Assembly (NCBI RefSeq): GCF_963921235.1
Contig: NC_086097.1
Coordinates: forward strand, 87,546,001-87,610,000
Length of the DNA stretch: 64,000 nt
Direction of reading: 5' to 3'
Source: Mobula hypostoma
Lineage: Eukaryota
A program made the position numbers and the translations under genes. This document shows, piece by piece, positions 60,405 to 64,000 of this stretch (within the stretch, counting starts at the first letter, position 1; each line of letters begins with the position of its first letter). Under the pieces are notes generated by a model. The model saw only the letters and a list, made by a program, of their open reading frames with translations. It was not told the origin of the DNA and did no database searches.

Positions 60405-60912
60405 AGGCGGTGTGCAGTTTAACAGTGCGTGATTGCCTTAGTCACTTTTCTTGTGATTGCATGACCCAATTGGACATTGTTAATGTGAAATGCTGCAAGT
60501 CCATTTCACTGATTTATCGGTGAACAATGGGGGAACTACATGGCCTCAGTCATAGCGAGGACTATGCCTCAGTTCGTAGTGTTGCCTGTTTACAGCCGCT
60601 CAGGAGGGAAACATCGGAGCTGGTGCACTTCACCGGAGGCACTGTGGCACAGTGTCCAAGCTGGAGTCTGTGTTGCCCCCGGGGTTCGCTCGGCTAAAGA
60701 CAACCTGCTGACTACAATATTCATGGGCTCCGGGTCTTGGACTGTATTTTCATGTATGATTGTACTTTACTGATATCTTATTTGTGTCTTGTGCTCTGTG
60801 TGACTGCTGGTACCGTGTTTTGCTCCTTAGTCTTAGAGTTACACTGTTTCGTTTGGCTATATTCATGGGTATGGTTGAATGACAATTAAACACACTTGAA
60901 CTTGGAACTTGA
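60405..60912 (+). mobile_element. Non-coding LINE-dependent element with Rex-like tail; family of 1-470
   Basis: Tail gaatgacaattaaacacacttgaacttggaacttga; similarity to the reverse complement of 1-470. Confidence 0.6.
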
Positions 60913-61198
60913 GAATATACACCTAGCCTGTTCAATATCTTATGATTTATATTAAATCAAGTTCAATGCAAGCTGGAGGATATGTATAATTGGAATCCAT
61001 CAGCTTGGAATAAGATTGGTTAAGTATTAACCTTTCAGAGTCAAAGCTGCATGACTCAATATATTGTACCAGAGGATCTCTTCTGCCACTGTGTTGAGCC
61101 AGAAATTATTTGTTCTTGTATAAAAACGCAGGATTATTTTGCACCTGTGGGATGCTTGATTTCTGTAACTGAGTCAACATCAATTTTATATCTATCTA

Positions 61199-62028
61199 CA
61201 GTGAATTCTGGTTAATTGGGGCACATCAGGATCAGTACATTTTGGCCCAATTAAGCAGCTGTCCCAACTAGCCAAAGTTTCATGGAAATAGTTAAAAAGG
61301 TATATAAAAAGCCAGCTACTGTTTAACTGAGTAACAAATTATGTTTTTAAGTGAAATACATAACAAATTAGATCATTACCCATACCTTTACAAAACAATA
61401 AAACTGTGTATTAGTTGTTGACCGTTATCAATGCAAGAATTCGTCCAGTCTAGACTGCCATGTTCTTTTGATAGTCTATAAGTGAACAAAATCGGTGCAT
61501 ACATCTTGTGCAGATAATGGACTGCCTTCATAAAATGCCTTCGATGATTGCAATCTTCAAATCTTCATTTTTCATTGTAACATTTAGGTGATTGTCAATA
61601 CCTTCAAATTCTTTGTAGGTCCTTACTTTTAGAATTAGTGAAATTGTTTCATTTTCACTCCCGATCATTTCTCGCCTAAATGCTTGAAACAGCAGCAAGC
61701 AAAGCTCTGAATTGTCTTATCGCTTAATTCTTGACAATTATCAGTGACAAAAGTCACTGCTTTTTGAATGCAAACAGGTGCAACTGGGGCTATTTAAAAA
61801 CTTTGCTCTAAGCACAGTGTAGTGTTTTAATGACCCCTCAAATGCACGCAACTGACGCTAGTTAGGTGCTGTTCAGCAATAGTCTCCTGTCTCAATAAAG
61901 CAGCATAGTGCCCCAAATAAACAAAGGGAGTCCCAGCTATTTCCTGAATTAGATTTTATTCTTTAAGAGATGTCCCAGTTAAGCAACTGCCCTGACTAAC
62001 GGATGGTCCAATTAATTGGAATCCACTA
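61199..62028. mobile_element. Tigger/pogo-like non-autonomous DNA transposon, about 830 bp
   Basis: TA followed by TIR cagtgaattctggttaattgg; right TIR ccaattaattggaatccacta; subterminal ccaattaagcagctg repeats. Inverse copy at 1930-3130. Confidence 0.7.
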
Positions 62029-63734
62029 GATTAGCAATCAGTTATCCTTTTAAAACCTGGGAATATACAGTAAAGTTGTACAAGATGTACCAGGTGCCCC
62101 TTTTGACAATGTTGAGTAAGAAGAATTGGATATTAGCTGCACATAAGGATTGATTCTATGCTTTGCTGGAAGAGGGGTTTAATCCTGGGAATCAGCAGAA
62201 TCTGCTTTGATTCTGAGCTTTGTTCGCATTGGAGTTAATAGCTGCTTTAAAAAAAATTATTTTTTTTTGAAGGAATGACAGAATACATAATGCATTACAT
62301 GTTCCTCCATTTTGCTTTTATATCTTACTCCTAAACAAAGCTCCCCTTACCCGCCCTCCCTGAACATACCATGGCAGCTAATATATTTACAATACAACAC
62401 TTCACAAATACAAGTACGGACATTACACAGCCATAACCCCACATTCCTTCAAGACGAAGGCCCACAACACGTCAGATGATAGAGAATACACTCATATTAC
62501 AATGCATCAAACAACCTACGAGGCAAACCATATGCATGTTAAAAGGGGGAAAATCCCCAAGTACAATCAAATGCCCTCAACTGGTAGGTAATTCCTTAAG
62601 ACTCCCAAAATATGACAAGAAAGGTCCCCATTTCGAATAGAACTTTTTCACGGACCCCCTCAGGAGTTAATAGCTTTGAAGTGGAATGAAGTGTGGCTGT
62701 AATGTGATATGAATGCTGGAGTCTGGCAGGAGATGGTCCTTCTGACATCACTGTATAGTGCCAATCCTGAATTTGGAAGAGCCAGAAATGGCTTGTTAGC
62801 TTTGGCATATTGATGTCAAAGGAAGGGAGCACAGTTTGCTTGGTGGTTGAACAAGGCTATAGGATAAGGAGTATATAATGTTTCAGCATTTTCTGACTAT
62901 GTAAGGAATTTCTGCTTTCTTTTATAAGCTACCTGTATTAACAAATGTTATGTAAAGTTTCCCATATTCAAAATTTTTAAGAGTAAGCTTTTCTGTGAAG
63001 TTGTTCTGCTTTTCTTTTCCTCTCTGTCTTTTGTTTTTTGTCAGAAATGTGGGTATGGAGGGAAAATGAAATTTAGGGTCCTTCTTCTGAGTGGGTCCAG
63101 ATTTTTCCAAGTTTAAATTTGAATGCAGTCTTCAGAATCGCCACACCAAGCTTAAATTAGTGACACAGTTGATGGAGATGCTGTCTCCAGCAGACGGTAT
63201 ACAACAACCACTGGTGCTGTCCGTGTGGAGTTTGCTCACTCTGCTTGTTGATCACCCTGCTTTTCTTTCCCAAGTGCTCTGGATTCCACTCACATCCCAA
63301 AGATGGAAGGTTATTTGACTAGTGTAGATTTCCCCTAGAGAATAGATAAATCTGGGGAAGGTGATGGAATATGGTACAAAAGGTTTATGGAGAAAGTTAG
63401 TTGAGAAGTGGAATTACTGTGTGACCTGATCTGAAGTAGCTTATATAGGAACATAGGAAACTAGTTTTTGGTTAAACCTTAATGAAAGCAGAATTACCAA
63501 CTCCAGTTTTCAACACAAAGGAACACTATTGTGAACAGAAAACAAGTTGTTTGTCATGAGGGAATTAGTTGCCTGGATTCTAAAGAAGATGTTAATGCAT
63601 AGCTTTCACAATGCTTCTCAGCTGAAGCTTTTAATTAAATTATTATTCTTTCACATCACTAAGCAATTTTCCCATCATCTCTCAGATCTATAGTAAAACT
63701 GGTGTAATTTGGGAAAAAGATTGGTGACCTGCTT

Positions 63735-64000
63735 GTGCAATTAGGTCCTCGATCTCCTCACTGCAAATCCCAGTCAGTTTGGATTGGCAACGGCATCTCA
63801 TCCATGATCACCCTCAGTCCAGGTGCACAAAAAGGCTGTGTCCTTGCTCTGCTCACTTTACACTTGTGACTGACTGTGCAGTTAAGCACAGCTCCCAATG
63901 CCATTTTCAAGTTTGCTGACAACACCACTGCAGGCTAAGCCAGAGGTGGTGATGAATCAGCATATACGAGGGAGATTGAAAATCTGGCTGAGTGGTGCCA
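63735..64000 (+). mobile_element. Rex1/Babar RT fragment, runs off the window
   Basis: PQSVWIGNGISSMITLSPGAQKGCVL and FKFADNTT...GDESAYTREIENLAEWC. A V-SINE remnant lies upstream at about 63210-63430. Confidence 0.75.

Overview
This is eukaryotic, repeat-dense, non-genic DNA with no intact host protein-coding gene. Every recognisable ORF is a transposon relic. The repeat set (V-SINEs, CR1, Rex1/Babar, Penelope-like pieces, fish-type L1) points to a cartilaginous fish, probably a ray; this is an inference. The window may be a large intron read on the + strand, with one candidate 72-nt exon at 11597-11668. Main contents: (1) a 5'-truncated, TSD-flanked ~5.6 kb L1 (26395-31979) with three nested insertions; (2) a HERO-type restriction-like-endonuclease retrotransposon fragment; (3) a full-length but disrupted IR/DR Tc1 (DD34E, 55630-57226) and a decayed DD38E Tc1-like relic; (4) Charlie hAT, Tigger-like and Chapaev3-like DNA transposons and MITEs; (5) several non-coding, LINE-dependent elements. 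The most notable system is a family of short non-autonomous Penelope-like (GIY-YIG-tailed) retroelements. They carry a minimal type I hammerhead ribozyme (AGUC-CUGACGA-stem II-GAAAC-GUC/GACU, intact at 27884-27919 and 53742-53777). They repeatedly insert as fold-back hairpins flanked by 14-15 bp target-site duplications, and their breakpoints cluster at the ribozyme. Boundaries of old, decayed repeats are approximate, and family names come from motif recognition, not database searches.
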